DNA from: a virus
Virus record (IMG/VR): IMGVR_UViG_3300022745_000628
Coordinates: 129,797 to 193,796 of that record
Length of the DNA stretch: 64,000 bases
Direction: 5' to 3' (one strand)
Shown here: in pieces, positions 8,527 to 18,346 of the stretch
Position numbering within the stretch: position 1 is the stretch's first letter
Layout of the letters: every line of letters begins with the position of its first letter
Notes under the pieces: model-generated
Seen by the model: the letters and a program-made list of their open reading frames with translations, nothing else
Database searches by the model: none
Told to the model about the DNA's origin: nothing
Translations under genes and position numbers: made by a program

Positions 8527-10196
8527 GCGCACTGTTAAGCAAATGGCAGACGGAATTTGATTCATACGTGTTTTCAGGTTATCCCCTCCTGATGATCCCG
8601 ACCAGTGAAGAAGGTCGCGTTAGAAACGATATAAATGGGTTTTGTAATGCACGCGGACTGTACCTAATAGAGTGGGACTGTGTCCGAGGTTTTTCTTCTG
8701 AAGAGCCGAATTTGGTTAAATCTATTGGTTTCGAACGCGGAGCCAGCGCGGCAGAAGATTATCGCAATCCACTGTTCGCTTTAGAAAAGATAACTAAAGA
8801 AGCTGGGCGCCCCGCGCATAATATCGTGTACTTGTTTAAAGATCTTGACGATTTCTACATGCAGAATAACCAACTTAGGCGAAAACTGCAAAATATGAGT
8901 CACGACTTGGAAACCACGCACACGGTGCAAACGTTAGACGCCGAACAACGGTATTTTCAACCCGTGGTACTGCTGTCCAGTTCTGGCACGCTGCACGCCA
9001 AGCTGGCTAACTGTGTCGCGACACTGGAGTACAACCTACCAGTTGAAGAAGACTTCCTAGCAATGATCGAAAATTTAGCGCTGCAGCAGAAACTGAATGT
9101 GGCCGCCGAATTGAAAGAGCGCTTAGCTAAAAGCTTGGCCGGCTTAACATACATAGAAGGCGAAAACTGTACATATCGTGGAACACGTTTGTGCGACGGT
9201 ATAACGCCTGAGCTGCTTAAAGTCGTTAAAAACGAAAAGGCGCAGATTCTTAAACGCGGTGAGATACTGACCTATATCCCGGAAGACTCGCTAGGTACCG
9301 CGGAAGATGTCGGCGGATTTGATAACTTTAAAGCCTGGATAGAAAACCGTCGAAATTGCTACTCGCGGGAAGCTGCGGCAGCCGGCATTGAATATCCTAA
9401 AGGTGTTGGCTTGCTGGGTCCGCCGGGGACATGCAAATCGGTAGCTGCTAAGCTGATTTGTAAGACTCTTGGACTACCGGGTTACATATTCAACATCGGT
9501 GCGCTATTCGGCAAATATGTCGGCGAGAGCGAGCAGCGCGTACGCGACGCGATTAAACAAATCGAAGCACAACGCGGATGTGTGGTCGTAATGGACGAAG
9601 TGGATAAGGCACTCGGCGGCACACACAATAGCGAAGGTGATAGCGGCGTGTCTAAGCGCGTGCTGGGCAGTATTCTTACGTGGTTAGCTGAAAAGACTTC
9701 GCCTACGTTTGTAGTTATGACTATGAACCGTGTATCGGTGTTACCGCCAGAGTTTTTGCGTAGCGGCCGATTTGACGCTATATTCGCGACTGATTTACCA
9801 GATCGCGATGCTTGTAAAGAGATTGTCACAATTCATTTACGTAAACGCGGACGATTAAAAACATTGGCCGAGTTAGACAGCAGCGAATTAAAGTGGTCTA
9901 AAGTTCTTGGCGGTGTAGCTGATTTCTCTGGCGCCGAAATAGAAGCTGCTGTGGTGGAAGCACAGACAGTAGCCTTTACCCAGCGCGGAGTCCCGGATCC
10001 GACAGTTGACGAATTGTTAGATGCTATAAGTGTGACTGTCCCGTTAAGTCGTTCGCAAATGGATGAGATAAAATCCATGCGTGCTTATGTCACAGCTGGA
10101 AAAGCTAGACCTGTAAAATTACCGAGTGCTGCAGCCGTGACAGCTGCGCCACACAATAAAGTATCGAAGTCTCGAAACGTGGCTATTGGAGAGTGA
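8523..10196 (+). CDS. Ycf46-like AAA+ ATPase (degenerate N-terminal AAA domain plus intact C-terminal AAA domain)
   Basis: KGVGLLGPPGTCKS Walker A, VVMDEVDK Walker B, TMN sensor 1, LRSGRFD arginine finger. Confidence 0.9.
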   Translation: MSALLSKWQTEFDSYVFSGYPLLMIPTSEEGRVRNDINGFCNARGLYLIEWDCVRGFSSEEPNLVKSIGFERGASAAEDYRNPLFALEKITKEAGRPAHNIVYLFKDLDDFYMQNNQLRRKLQNMSHDLETTHTVQTLDAEQRYFQPVVLLSSSGTLHAKLANCVATLEYNLPVEEDFLAMIENLALQQKLNVAAELKERLAKSLAGLTYIEGENCTYRGTRLCDGITPELLKVVKNEKAQILKRGEILTYIPEDSLGTAEDVGGFDNFKAWIENRRNCYSREAAAAGIEYPKGVGLLGPPGTCKSVAAKLICKTLGLPGYIFNIGALFGKYVGESEQRVRDAIKQIEAQRGCVVVMDEVDKALGGTHNSEGDSGVSKRVLGSILTWLAEKTSPTFVVMTMNRVSVLPPEFLRSGRFDAIFATDLPDRDACKEIVTIHLRKRGRLKTLAELDSSELKWSKVLGGVADFSGAEIEAAVVEAQTVAFTQRGVPDPTVDELLDAISVTVPLSRSQMDEIKSMRAYVTAGKARPVKLPSAAAVTAAPHNKVSKSRNVAIGE

Positions 10197-10570
10197 GCGG
10201 AATGAGTCATACAATTCAATGTAAGGTTAAATGCGACAATGGAGATGCGTTGCACAGTGCCTGCAAAATATTGGGCATTGCTAAACCTGTACGCGGTCGC
10301 CACCGCCTATTTGACGGCAATGTTGTCAACGGATTGGCGTTTAGATTAAAAGATTGGCTGTATGATGTAGTGGTAGACAGCTCCGGTACGCTGCACTACG
10401 ACAACTACAACGAGCGCTGGGGTAAGACTGAGGAGCTCGATACTTTTCTACAACGCTATGCTCTTGAAGCGGCTAAAGCTGCCGCTACAAGCAACGGTTA
10501 CGAGTACGACGAGTACACGCAACCGGACGGATCCATCGAATTGGTTTGTAAAGAGGTGTTCAATGGCTGA
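10193..10570 (+). CDS. DUF1257 (Ycf35-like) protein
   Basis: SHTIQCKVKCDNGDALHSAC..LG, YDNYNERWG and YALEAAK..A...GY pattern; directly follows the Ycf46-like AAA gene. Confidence 0.75.
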   Translation: MSGMSHTIQCKVKCDNGDALHSACKILGIAKPVRGRHRLFDGNVVNGLAFRLKDWLYDVVVDSSGTLHYDNYNERWGKTEELDTFLQRYALEAAKAAATSNGYEYDEYTQPDGSIELVCKEVFNG

Positions 10571-10775
10571 TATTCGAATCATCGTGCCAAAAACCGGGTT
10601 GGCTACTGGCAAAACACACGTAAAAGTAGATGCCGTCGGCTTTAAAGGCCAAGGCTGCACTACGGCTACTAAAATCTTCAGTGACGCCATAGGTAAATCT
10701 GAAGTCGAAGAACTCAAACCTGAGTTTTACGAATCGCCGGACGAGCAGTTAAATCCAGAGCTCGAGTTTGAGTAA
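10563..10775 (+). CDS. DUF2997-like protein
   Basis: ATG at 10563; VKVDAVGFKGQGC..AT....AIG......LKPEFY pattern. Confidence 0.75.
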   Translation: MADIRIIVPKTGLATGKTHVKVDAVGFKGQGCTTATKIFSDAIGKSEVEELKPEFYESPDEQLNPELEFE

Positions 10776-11052
10776 TATTCCGGCTGCAAAGTCTACACGA
10801 CGCAGCAAAGCTCTGGCTCCGATAATGTTGGCACGCACCTCTGGCGGTCAATGCACTTTACGCCAGCGCGACGCGCAGAATTTACTGATAAATGACGCGT
10901 GGCGTACGTGGCTTGGCACTAAAAATGTCGCCGCCGATTTAAGATGCTTTAAAACTGTAAGTCATGCCGCAGATGCGGAGATATACAGCTTATTTGAAAA
11001 GTTCGTATACGAGCCTGTAACGTGGGGTGTAAGCTATGGCACAGAAACTTAG
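10768..11052 (+). CDS. hypothetical protein
   Basis: 94 aa; overlaps neighbours at both ends in operon style. Confidence 0.55.
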   Translation: MSNIPAAKSTRRSKALAPIMLARTSGGQCTLRQRDAQNLLINDAWRTWLGTKNVAADLRCFKTVSHAADAEIYSLFEKFVYEPVTWGVSYGTET

Positions 11053-11356
11053 TATTAGAAAAGGCGGTGCCGTATACGCTATTTGTTCTGAAGAGTCCGT
11101 TAAATTGCTAGAGACGTTAGGCAACATCAGCATTAAACGGGCGTCTCATGTAGAACCAGGTTCTGGACTTACATCCGACGCAAAAAGCTATCTGCATCGT
11201 ATGCATATCGATGCAAACAATTTTCAGAATAAATGGTTCGCTAATTTGTTACCAATAGCGGGGCCTGTGCTTGGCCCGTTTAATACTCGTACCGAAGCTG
11301 TAACAGCAGAACTAAATTACATAGACAAAAACCTTGGGACAATAATACATGATTGA
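11036..11356 (+). CDS. small conserved partner of AAA/DUF1257/DUF2997 clusters
   Basis: IKRASHVEP...WFANLLPIAGPVLGPF.TR.EA..AE motif, recalled from Planctomycete clusters. Confidence 0.65.
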   Translation: MAQKLSIRKGGAVYAICSEESVKLLETLGNISIKRASHVEPGSGLTSDAKSYLHRMHIDANNFQNKWFANLLPIAGPVLGPFNTRTEAVTAELNYIDKNLGTIIHD

Positions 11357-12452
11357 CTCCACAACACAATTTTTAGACGATAACGTAGTGCTGCTGTGCC
11401 CTACGTTCAGTTATTGGCGCGGACAATACCAGTTATCGCTTGACGGAATTAAAACTACCGTTGGTGAAATCGAAGTCGATTTTGCGCAAGTGACCGCACC
11501 ACGCGCTAAGCTGTTAACCGATGCGTATCCGTTAGACAAAGAGGGTACGCCGTGGAAAAAGCGCTTTAACCAGATTGAGTCTGCGCTAACGAAACTAAAG
11601 CAAAGATATTCCGTGCCGTTTCCGATTAATGGCGTGCGAATTATTCCAAAAGCCAAGGTAACAAGCTTTCTGGACGCTATATACGGCAATACGGTTGCCA
11701 GCTTGAAGTATCGATTCGAAAATACACCGGACTCCGATCCGTTCTATGTATCTACCAAAGATGCGTATGAGCGTGTCAAGCATTTACCGGATATGACTCC
11801 TTTGCCTGACAACAGCAAAGAAGAACAGTCGTTAGCGTATCAACTGTGGACTACTGCGCAAGATTTCGTAGCAAATCTTGATGATGTGTGGGACCAGCTG
11901 TCTAAAAAGAGCGTGGTGTGGGAAAGCGTCAAAAGCCGTGTTCCTAGAAGCGGCGCTGATATGTTGAGCCGCTTTCGTATTGACGTTGTCCCGATTGAAT
12001 TGGCGACCCGTACTATAACAGCCGGCTCTACCGCGGATCTACTAAAACATAAAGATGTGGTACAAGAGACTTGTCGCCGCCGTGTTGCGGACGCTATTGA
12101 GGCTATGGTGTCGGAACCGAGACAACAACTCGGCGAAGCGCTAGCAAACCTGTCGGATTTAATAGCTCGTGACGGGAAGTTAACCAGTCGTAGTTTTCAA
12201 CCTGTTCGCGAAGCAATAGCAAAGATCAGGTTGTTTGATTGCGTCGCGGACGAAGACTTGATGCTTCAGATTGACGCTATGGAAAAGCGTTTAAATGTTA
12301 CTACGCCAAAATTGTTGAATACTGCGAATGCAGCGTCTAGTGGCTTCTCCGCGGCAATTAACAGTTTGTATACTGAGATCGATAGTGCAGACGCGAAAGC
12401 GAATGCATTGAATAAGGCAATGGGTCGAGTACGCGCTATAAAGTTGGACTAG
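11349..12452 (+). CDS. DUF3150-like helical protein
   Basis: 367 aa; FSYWRG, RAKLL, YSVPF...GVRIIP and a helical C-terminus resemble DUF3150 (from memory). Confidence 0.45.
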   Translation: MIDSTTQFLDDNVVLLCPTFSYWRGQYQLSLDGIKTTVGEIEVDFAQVTAPRAKLLTDAYPLDKEGTPWKKRFNQIESALTKLKQRYSVPFPINGVRIIPKAKVTSFLDAIYGNTVASLKYRFENTPDSDPFYVSTKDAYERVKHLPDMTPLPDNSKEEQSLAYQLWTTAQDFVANLDDVWDQLSKKSVVWESVKSRVPRSGADMLSRFRIDVVPIELATRTITAGSTADLLKHKDVVQETCRRRVADAIEAMVSEPRQQLGEALANLSDLIARDGKLTSRSFQPVREAIAKIRLFDCVADEDLMLQIDAMEKRLNVTTPKLLNTANAASSGFSAAINSLYTEIDSADAKANALNKAMGRVRAIKLD

Positions 12453-12453
12453 T

Positions 12454-13296
12454 ATGTTTGGTTTTGGAAAAACAAAGCAAGACATATTAGAAACTAATGC
12501 CACAGGCGTACAAATTAATACGTCGATCCGTAACATGTTAGAACCGCTGCTAGCGCCTGACCAAGTGCATTACACTGATATGCAGCTGTTAAGAACTGCA
12601 GCTGTTGCCAGATTAAATTACATGCAGCAGGAATTGGCGATACGCAGTAGTTTAGCTAAGGCGCGTATTCAAGAACAGCGTGGGAAGCTTGGCCGTAATA
12701 TGCTCACGAATGAGTACGGAAAAGAGTACGCTAAGACGGTTGTAAAACCATTAGCAAATCAACCGTCTGCGGCTACTCGACAAACTAACCCTGTGCTCAC
12801 TTTTTTGTGGACCAGTGTTAGTCATTGGAGATGTAGCGACGCTACCGGGCAAATAGTTGACTTTGAAATAACAAAGATGACGGATGAACATCTTTGGACC
12901 ACTATAAATTGGTTAGTCTCAAATACTGTGTATTTGGCTGCATGTGCTAAGACGGCGCAAACCGGCAAATCTACACCTATCAGTAATTTAGAAGCTGCTA
13001 CATGGTTGGCTGCGCAACCCGTCGTGATCGCGATGGTCTTCGAAGCGTTAAAGCGCCAGCTTACATTCTCGGATGCAACTGCTTTGTTCATAAGGATCCA
13101 TATAAAAACGGACCGACAAGTGAATACAGCACCGCCGTGGAAACAGCCGTTCAGTAAGAACGCATTACCGGACTTAAAGGATAAGTTGGAAAAAACGGTA
13201 CATGCGGAAAAAATTCGACAAAAACTCGGGACAAGAAACCGAGCGATCGCACTGGAAGATACAAGTGGTTCCGGGGAACACGAAACTCGGCCCTAA
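12454..13296 (+). CDS. hypothetical protein
   Basis: 280 aa ORF packed 1 nt after the previous stop. Confidence 0.7.
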   Translation: MFGFGKTKQDILETNATGVQINTSIRNMLEPLLAPDQVHYTDMQLLRTAAVARLNYMQQELAIRSSLAKARIQEQRGKLGRNMLTNEYGKEYAKTVVKPLANQPSAATRQTNPVLTFLWTSVSHWRCSDATGQIVDFEITKMTDEHLWTTINWLVSNTVYLAACAKTAQTGKSTPISNLEAATWLAAQPVVIAMVFEALKRQLTFSDATALFIRIHIKTDRQVNTAPPWKQPFSKNALPDLKDKLEKTVHAEKIRQKLGTRNRAIALEDTSGSGEHETRP

Positions 13297-13951
13297 GATA
13301 TTTTCATGGTCAGTAACCCCTGGTGCAAAACATAGTTGCCCAAAAGAAACTGAGACCTGCCGAGCATTATGTTACGCTAAGCACGGCTTCTTCCTCATGC
13401 GGAGTACCGCTGAGGCACATAAACGTAATCTCACGATGAGCAAACGCGCTACATTTGCTCCAAAGATGATCGCGTATTTGAAAACCAGCCGGGTGACTTG
13501 TGTGCGTATACACGCCGCAGGCGATTTTTACGACGTACACTACATACGAAAATGGCACCAAATAATGAGTGCCTTGCCAAATATCCAATTTTACGCGTAT
13601 ACCCGATCTTGGCAGGATGCTGTGATGTTGCGGAGTTTGGTGCGCTTAACACAGCTGCCAAACTTTAAACTGTGGTATTCATGTGATAGGAGTTCCGGCC
13701 GTCCGCCGGTAACCTATCGCGTCAATTGGGCATATCTTGCGGTGGACGATCTGGATAAGCCGGATTACGCCTGCGACTTAATATTTCGAGCCCGTAGAAA
13801 TACAGTGCATAAGCGAATAAATGGTGTGTTAGTCTGTCCGGTTGAAAACGGGGTAGCCGCCAAATCAAAAATTACATGTACCACATGCGGAGTATGCTGG
13901 GACAATAAAAAATTGCATGCCCTTGAACGAAAAATGAGTTTCGAGTGTTAG
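13265..13951 (+). CDS. GP88-like (radical-SAM-related, Cys-cluster) protein
   Basis: GNTKLG...SCP...C...CYA, VRIHAAGDFYD, FYAYTRSW, C..C..C; GTG start after GGAAG preferred over the track's 13202. Confidence 0.75.
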   Translation: MVPGNTKLGPKIFSWSVTPGAKHSCPKETETCRALCYAKHGFFLMRSTAEAHKRNLTMSKRATFAPKMIAYLKTSRVTCVRIHAAGDFYDVHYIRKWHQIMSALPNIQFYAYTRSWQDAVMLRSLVRLTQLPNFKLWYSCDRSSGRPPVTYRVNWAYLAVDDLDKPDYACDLIFRARRNTVHKRINGVLVCPVENGVAAKSKITCTTCGVCWDNKKLHALERKMSFEC

Positions 13952-14190
13952 TGCTTAATCGCAAACAGAACGAGTCGGTTTGTATATGGTTATCGCGTCA
14001 ACATTTGTTGGCGCTATTAGCCGATCCGGCGAACGAATTTTTGATTACCGTTAAGGTAACTAAAATTGCGCCAACTTCAGTGAAGTTAGGATTCACGTCC
14101 CCACAAGAAGTAGTGATTCTACGAGAAGAGGTCAGCCAGCGACAGCAAGCTGATCGAATTAATTCGTTACAGACGAATACTACCGCTTAG
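13945..14190 (+). CDS. csrA: CsrA/RsmA-like RNA-binding translational regulator
   Basis: MLVLNRKQNESVCI...VKLGFTSPQEVVILREEV; contains an insertion. Confidence 0.8.
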   Translation: MLVLNRKQNESVCIWLSRQHLLALLADPANEFLITVKVTKIAPTSVKLGFTSPQEVVILREEVSQRQQADRINSLQTNTTA

Positions 14191-15346
14191 CGCTTAAATA
14201 CGCGGCGGCTAATTCTTCTCGAGAGCCTGGGCTAAATACGCTAAAGGCTTTCTTTATCTGACCTTCCGTCCGGATGTTATGCGCGTTCATCATATTTTTA
14301 AACGCCATAGCATCCGGACGTGGAAGTGTCGGCGCTAGCTCAGCTAGCTTTTCCACGTCCACGTCATCCCCAATTATATTTGTGACTTCGTCTGCAAACG
14401 AATTTCCCATCCAAGTCGAAATGTCAGAAGGCGTAAGCGCTGCAAACGCTTCTTTATTGAAAATGTCGCCGGTGACAAGTTCCACCGCTTTGCTGCGAAT
14501 ATCTGCGGCTTGTTTGTAAGTGATGGCAAACATGACGTCTTCCGGAGCTTCAAGCTCTGCGCCGTACATATTTGTGAACGAATTATGCTTATCCATCGTG
14601 TCTAGCAGCTCGGCTAACTTCATGCGTGCTCCGACGTCTCGAGCGTCAATACTGGACGATACAACCGCGTCGGCTACCGCACACGCTTGTTTAGCCAACT
14701 CTGGCGCCTTGTGCTTCAAAAGAAGCGCGCGGTTACGCAGTGCGTCTGCAATTGTGTCTGCTGCGGTATACCCGTATCCGGCGCATTTCGCTAAGTGCTC
14801 GCTATTCGGCAATTCAGTTGGATAAACCTGCGCCTGGTCGAGAATTCGCTTGGCCATGGCAGATTTAACTGCAAAATCTAATTGTTTGTGATATTTGGCG
14901 AATACTTCAGCCGCGGCTGCTACTTCCCTAGAGTTGCGCATTGGGTAGGCCTTCTTAGTTCGGCCGTCCTCAGTGTATTCCAGTGCGTGGCAAACCGTGA
15001 CAGTTGGCGCGTTCGCAGCTTCTTTGGACTGAAACATATTTTCTACGATATCGCCGATAGTCCAGTTATGCGCCGCGCGCTTAACGTTATTCTTGATATG
15101 TTCCAGCGTCGCATTTGGTTTATCCTGCATGTTATACGTAACAAACGCAGCTGATAGCCATGTGGCGGCTTTAGTGTGAATCGGAAAAGTGTTGTTAGGC
15201 CCAGCATAGGCCGAATCGGAGAGATACGTTGGTTCCCCGCACTTGCTCTCGTGCGAAGCGTTTTTCACAAAGTCAGGAGCTTTGTATAAACGTGCTAATT
15301 CCCACTGGATCGCCCCACTTGTATCCCTAGATTGGTCAATTAACAT
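14180..15346 (-). CDS. conserved large-phage hypothetical protein (possibly head-associated)
   Basis: About 388 aa from the ATG at 15346; DQSRDTSG...PDFVKNA...FPIHTKAATWLS; Ala-rich and helical. Confidence 0.65.
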   Translation of the reverse strand: MLIDQSRDTSGAIQWELARLYKAPDFVKNASHESKCGEPTYLSDSAYAGPNNTFPIHTKAATWLSAAFVTYNMQDKPNATLEHIKNNVKRAAHNWTIGDIVENMFQSKEAANAPTVTVCHALEYTEDGRTKKAYPMRNSREVAAAAEVFAKYHKQLDFAVKSAMAKRILDQAQVYPTELPNSEHLAKCAGYGYTAADTIADALRNRALLLKHKAPELAKQACAVADAVVSSSIDARDVGARMKLAELLDTMDKHNSFTNMYGAELEAPEDVMFAITYKQAADIRSKAVELVTGDIFNKEAFAALTPSDISTWMGNSFADEVTNIIGDDVDVEKLAELAPTLPRPDAMAFKNMMNAHNIRTEGQIKKAFSVFSPGSREELAAAYLSAKR

Positions 15347-16421
15347 GTCAGAAGCATTCCCGTTTCTTAATACGAACACAAACACAATTATCCTGCAAAA
15401 TTGCGGACAAGGTCACTTACAAAAGTCCAGCTTACACAAAAACCGATTCGAACAAATTGATTGTTGTAGTTGCCTTGCTAAAGCGAAAACGATGATTTTC
15501 CCTAAGATGGGGCAAATACCTACTTGGTTTTATTGTACCGTATGCGGTTTTGGTGGGGATATTCTAGATTATTTTAGCACCTACCATAGAATTCCCCCGG
15601 AAAAACAAGAAGCGGTATTCAAAAGCCGATTTAGCTGGTATCAGCCAGAAGATAAGTACTTTAAACGGTACATGCTGCGCAAAAAAGTACGGCTACATTG
15701 TGAAAAATTGTGGAAATCGCTTCAGGTAGAAGCTGTCAAAATAAATCACAAAAAGAAGGGGCGTATTCCGCATCCTAGTTGTGTGCGCGTTACGAGCTCT
15801 AAATGGGTCAATATACTTAACCGATTCGAGTGGCCGTCTGAATTTATAAGCGACGAATCTATTCGCGGCGGATACGTGAAAGAACACGTGTTATACCGCG
15901 CTAACCGTAAAAATATCAAAACGCAGGTTATTATGCGGGCGTCCAATCGCCCGGGCGAGCTCTCTGGCTTTATTTTTATCGATATGGACGACACGCAATC
16001 TTGGATGCTGCGGCCAATCACCCGTTTTCAATACGGCGGGATTGGAATGTTAGACCAATTATTTGAAGAAAAGAGTCCTGGCCAAATCGCTACGCAAGTA
16101 ATCTCATTCAACCCGATTCGCAGTTATTACCTGAGCTCTAAATTCCTGCAAGAATTCGGGTATTTACCGGCTGTCGGTGCATTTCCCATGCGGGCTGCGC
16201 ACAATCGAGCCATGATAAAGAAAAATACATTCACTAGTACGCTGAAACGCATGGATTTGCCAATCCTGTGGGAGCCTAACGATCCGCTCGCGCTAAGCTT
16301 TGCTCGAAAATATCGAGTAGCTTATTCAGATTACGACCCTGAATTTGCGATAGATCCTAGAGTTATTCCGTCCGCCAATCGATTAATGCGGTCTATCGAG
16401 AATAACTGGCTATTGGTTTAG
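15345..16421 (+). CDS. zinc-ribbon protein with primase-like N-terminal Zn domain
   Basis: CCSC...FYCTVCGFGGDILDY resembles the CHC2-type primase Zn domain; no clear TOPRIM motif; start uncertain. Confidence 0.5.
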   Translation: MSEAFPFLNTNTNTIILQNCGQGHLQKSSLHKNRFEQIDCCSCLAKAKTMIFPKMGQIPTWFYCTVCGFGGDILDYFSTYHRIPPEKQEAVFKSRFSWYQPEDKYFKRYMLRKKVRLHCEKLWKSLQVEAVKINHKKKGRIPHPSCVRVTSSKWVNILNRFEWPSEFISDESIRGGYVKEHVLYRANRKNIKTQVIMRASNRPGELSGFIFIDMDDTQSWMLRPITRFQYGGIGMLDQLFEEKSPGQIATQVISFNPIRSYYLSSKFLQEFGYLPAVGAFPMRAAHNRAMIKKNTFTSTLKRMDLPILWEPNDPLALSFARKYRVAYSDYDPEFAIDPRVIPSANRLMRSIENNWLLV

Positions 16422-16462
16422 TTCCAATAGCTTGTTTTTGCCAGTTGAGGCGGTTAGACAAT

Positions 16463-18346
16463 TTAAGTCGACGCTGCTTGCAGCTCATCCGTCCAAACAG
16501 TGTCGTAATCGCCCATTTCTTCGTATTGAATGTCGTTTAAACGCATATGCTGGATAGCGTCTGAAAAATCAGGCCATGCGCGGTTCATGTGCCAGAGCGC
16601 GGCACATCCGATATTGACAGCTTGCGCAAAGTCGTCCGTAAGCATCGGGTTGCGCGTAATCGTGTAAATGTCGCTACCGCTTCGCGACTCGAGCTTGTTT
16701 TCAATAAGCGCCAAGAAATCGCGAATTAAGCCGGCATTTTCAGTGTTTACATAGTCATATTTGAAAAATTTGACTTTTTTGTACCTAATCGCGTTACACA
16801 GATTCAATAAAGACCGTGTTTTATCCAAGCGATATCGATCGCGAGCGTGTACTGTGCTGGCTGGTACGTGGCGGATAATGTTGCCTGCCGCCGATCCCAC
16901 ATATTCAATAGGAATAATGTGCTGCAGCTTTAAACCAGTACTTACCATGACCGTTTCACGGATAGTTCCAGCCCCAGTGTAATCGTGCGCAATATGCGAA
17001 CAATTAAACGCCTGGTACCAGTGCTGCAACTCTTTAGCTTCTAACACGTGATTTTGCGATTGCACCATCCGCTTTGCCCAGATCACGTGTATTTCGCCGG
17101 AAGGTAAATAGCCTAGCACGGCGATAACTGTAAACGACGTTTGAGACTCTCCGCCTCCGCCCCAATCCACAGCCATAATTTTCATATGGTAATCGCGCAG
17201 GTTATTTACCATTTTCAAATCCGGCCTTCGCGAGTTATCGAACGGAAGTATGGCCGCACTTCTCAATTCTGTCTCGGTAACTAGCTTTTGTCCGGCGTCG
17301 ATAGACTCGCCTAACACTTCGTTGCAGAATTTTGCGCGCGTCATGTTCCCAGCGCCATTACGCTTAGCCAGCAACAAACTCCATTTGTCCGGATTAGCGT
17401 AGTGCAGCGGCAAGATAACTTGCGGTATGTGGTACCCTGCAAACTCCCAGCGTCGCTCGGGAAAGCGGTGGACCCATCTACCAGTACGAGAGTACAGAAA
17501 GTACTTGCAACGCGCGCAGCGCAAGCCAGGGCGCTCTTCTGAGATAAATTCGGAGTATTCTCCAAACATGTTATCTAAATCAAATTCAAGCGACGGAATG
17601 TTCCATTTGTGGCAGCGCGTACATTTGATGACCCATTCGGCTTGAGAACTGTCTCGCCATTTAGCTTCGATAGGATTATCGAGTGTCTTGGGTGTACCGC
17701 CGTATCCAACCGTTGGAATCGGATCTTGAGCTGCCGACATTGTTTCCATGATGATCGGAAGCAGGTCGATATCAAGATCCTGCAGCTCGTCCAGCAAACA
17801 GCGGTATACGGATAGCCCGCGGATACGATCCGCGTTATTAGATGCGAAACTAAAGAACATCGTAGAGCCGTTGCGAAAGCTACGCTGCAACACGGAGTTC
17901 TCTGTGGATGTGTTGTACCATATCGCTTTAACCGGCGAATTATCGATCAGTGGTCGCACGTAATTGCTAGAAAATCGCCGTATTTGCTCATAAAGCGGCG
18001 TAACGTGAAGCGTTTTGTAATGAGGTATTGCCGCGGACATCATAACACTGGTAGCCGCCATAGACTGTGATTTAGACAACTGGCGCCCAGCTTTGAGTAA
18101 CCAACTTTTTGGTTGCGCCAGTCGAAAGATAGGCGTGAACGGAAAGTAGTTTTTAAGGCTGTACGGCTTCCCGTTGAGGCTCAAGCACAGTGGCAACAAA
18201 ACTTCAAAACTAGGGAGCGCCTTTAATGTGGCGAGCTCCTGAATTTGTTGAAGTCTATCTGTCAATCGCTGACTCTTGGCCGAGTCAGGTTTAGCCCATT
18301 CGGAAACAATGCTATTGATGCGTGATTCTCTTGTAGCAATTTGCAT
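16463..18346 (-). CDS. terL: terminase large subunit, GpA-like
   Basis: KAGRQLSKS P-loop, RIRGLS, LLDELQD Walker B, GGTPKT coupling motif, CTRC/CARC Zn motif, AVDWGGG nuclease motif. Confidence 0.88.
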   Translation of the reverse strand: MQIATRESRINSIVSEWAKPDSAKSQRLTDRLQQIQELATLKALPSFEVLLPLCLSLNGKPYSLKNYFPFTPIFRLAQPKSWLLKAGRQLSKSQSMAATSVMMSAAIPHYKTLHVTPLYEQIRRFSSNYVRPLIDNSPVKAIWYNTSTENSVLQRSFRNGSTMFFSFASNNADRIRGLSVYRCLLDELQDLDIDLLPIIMETMSAAQDPIPTVGYGGTPKTLDNPIEAKWRDSSQAEWVIKCTRCHKWNIPSLEFDLDNMFGEYSEFISEERPGLRCARCKYFLYSRTGRWVHRFPERRWEFAGYHIPQVILPLHYANPDKWSLLLAKRNGAGNMTRAKFCNEVLGESIDAGQKLVTETELRSAAILPFDNSRRPDLKMVNNLRDYHMKIMAVDWGGGGESQTSFTVIAVLGYLPSGEIHVIWAKRMVQSQNHVLEAKELQHWYQAFNCSHIAHDYTGAGTIRETVMVSTGLKLQHIIPIEYVGSAAGNIIRHVPASTVHARDRYRLDKTRSLLNLCNAIRYKKVKFFKYDYVNTENAGLIRDFLALIENKLESRSGSDIYTITRNPMLTDDFAQAVNIGCAALWHMNRAWPDFSDAIQHMRLNDIQYEEMGDYDTVWTDELQAAST

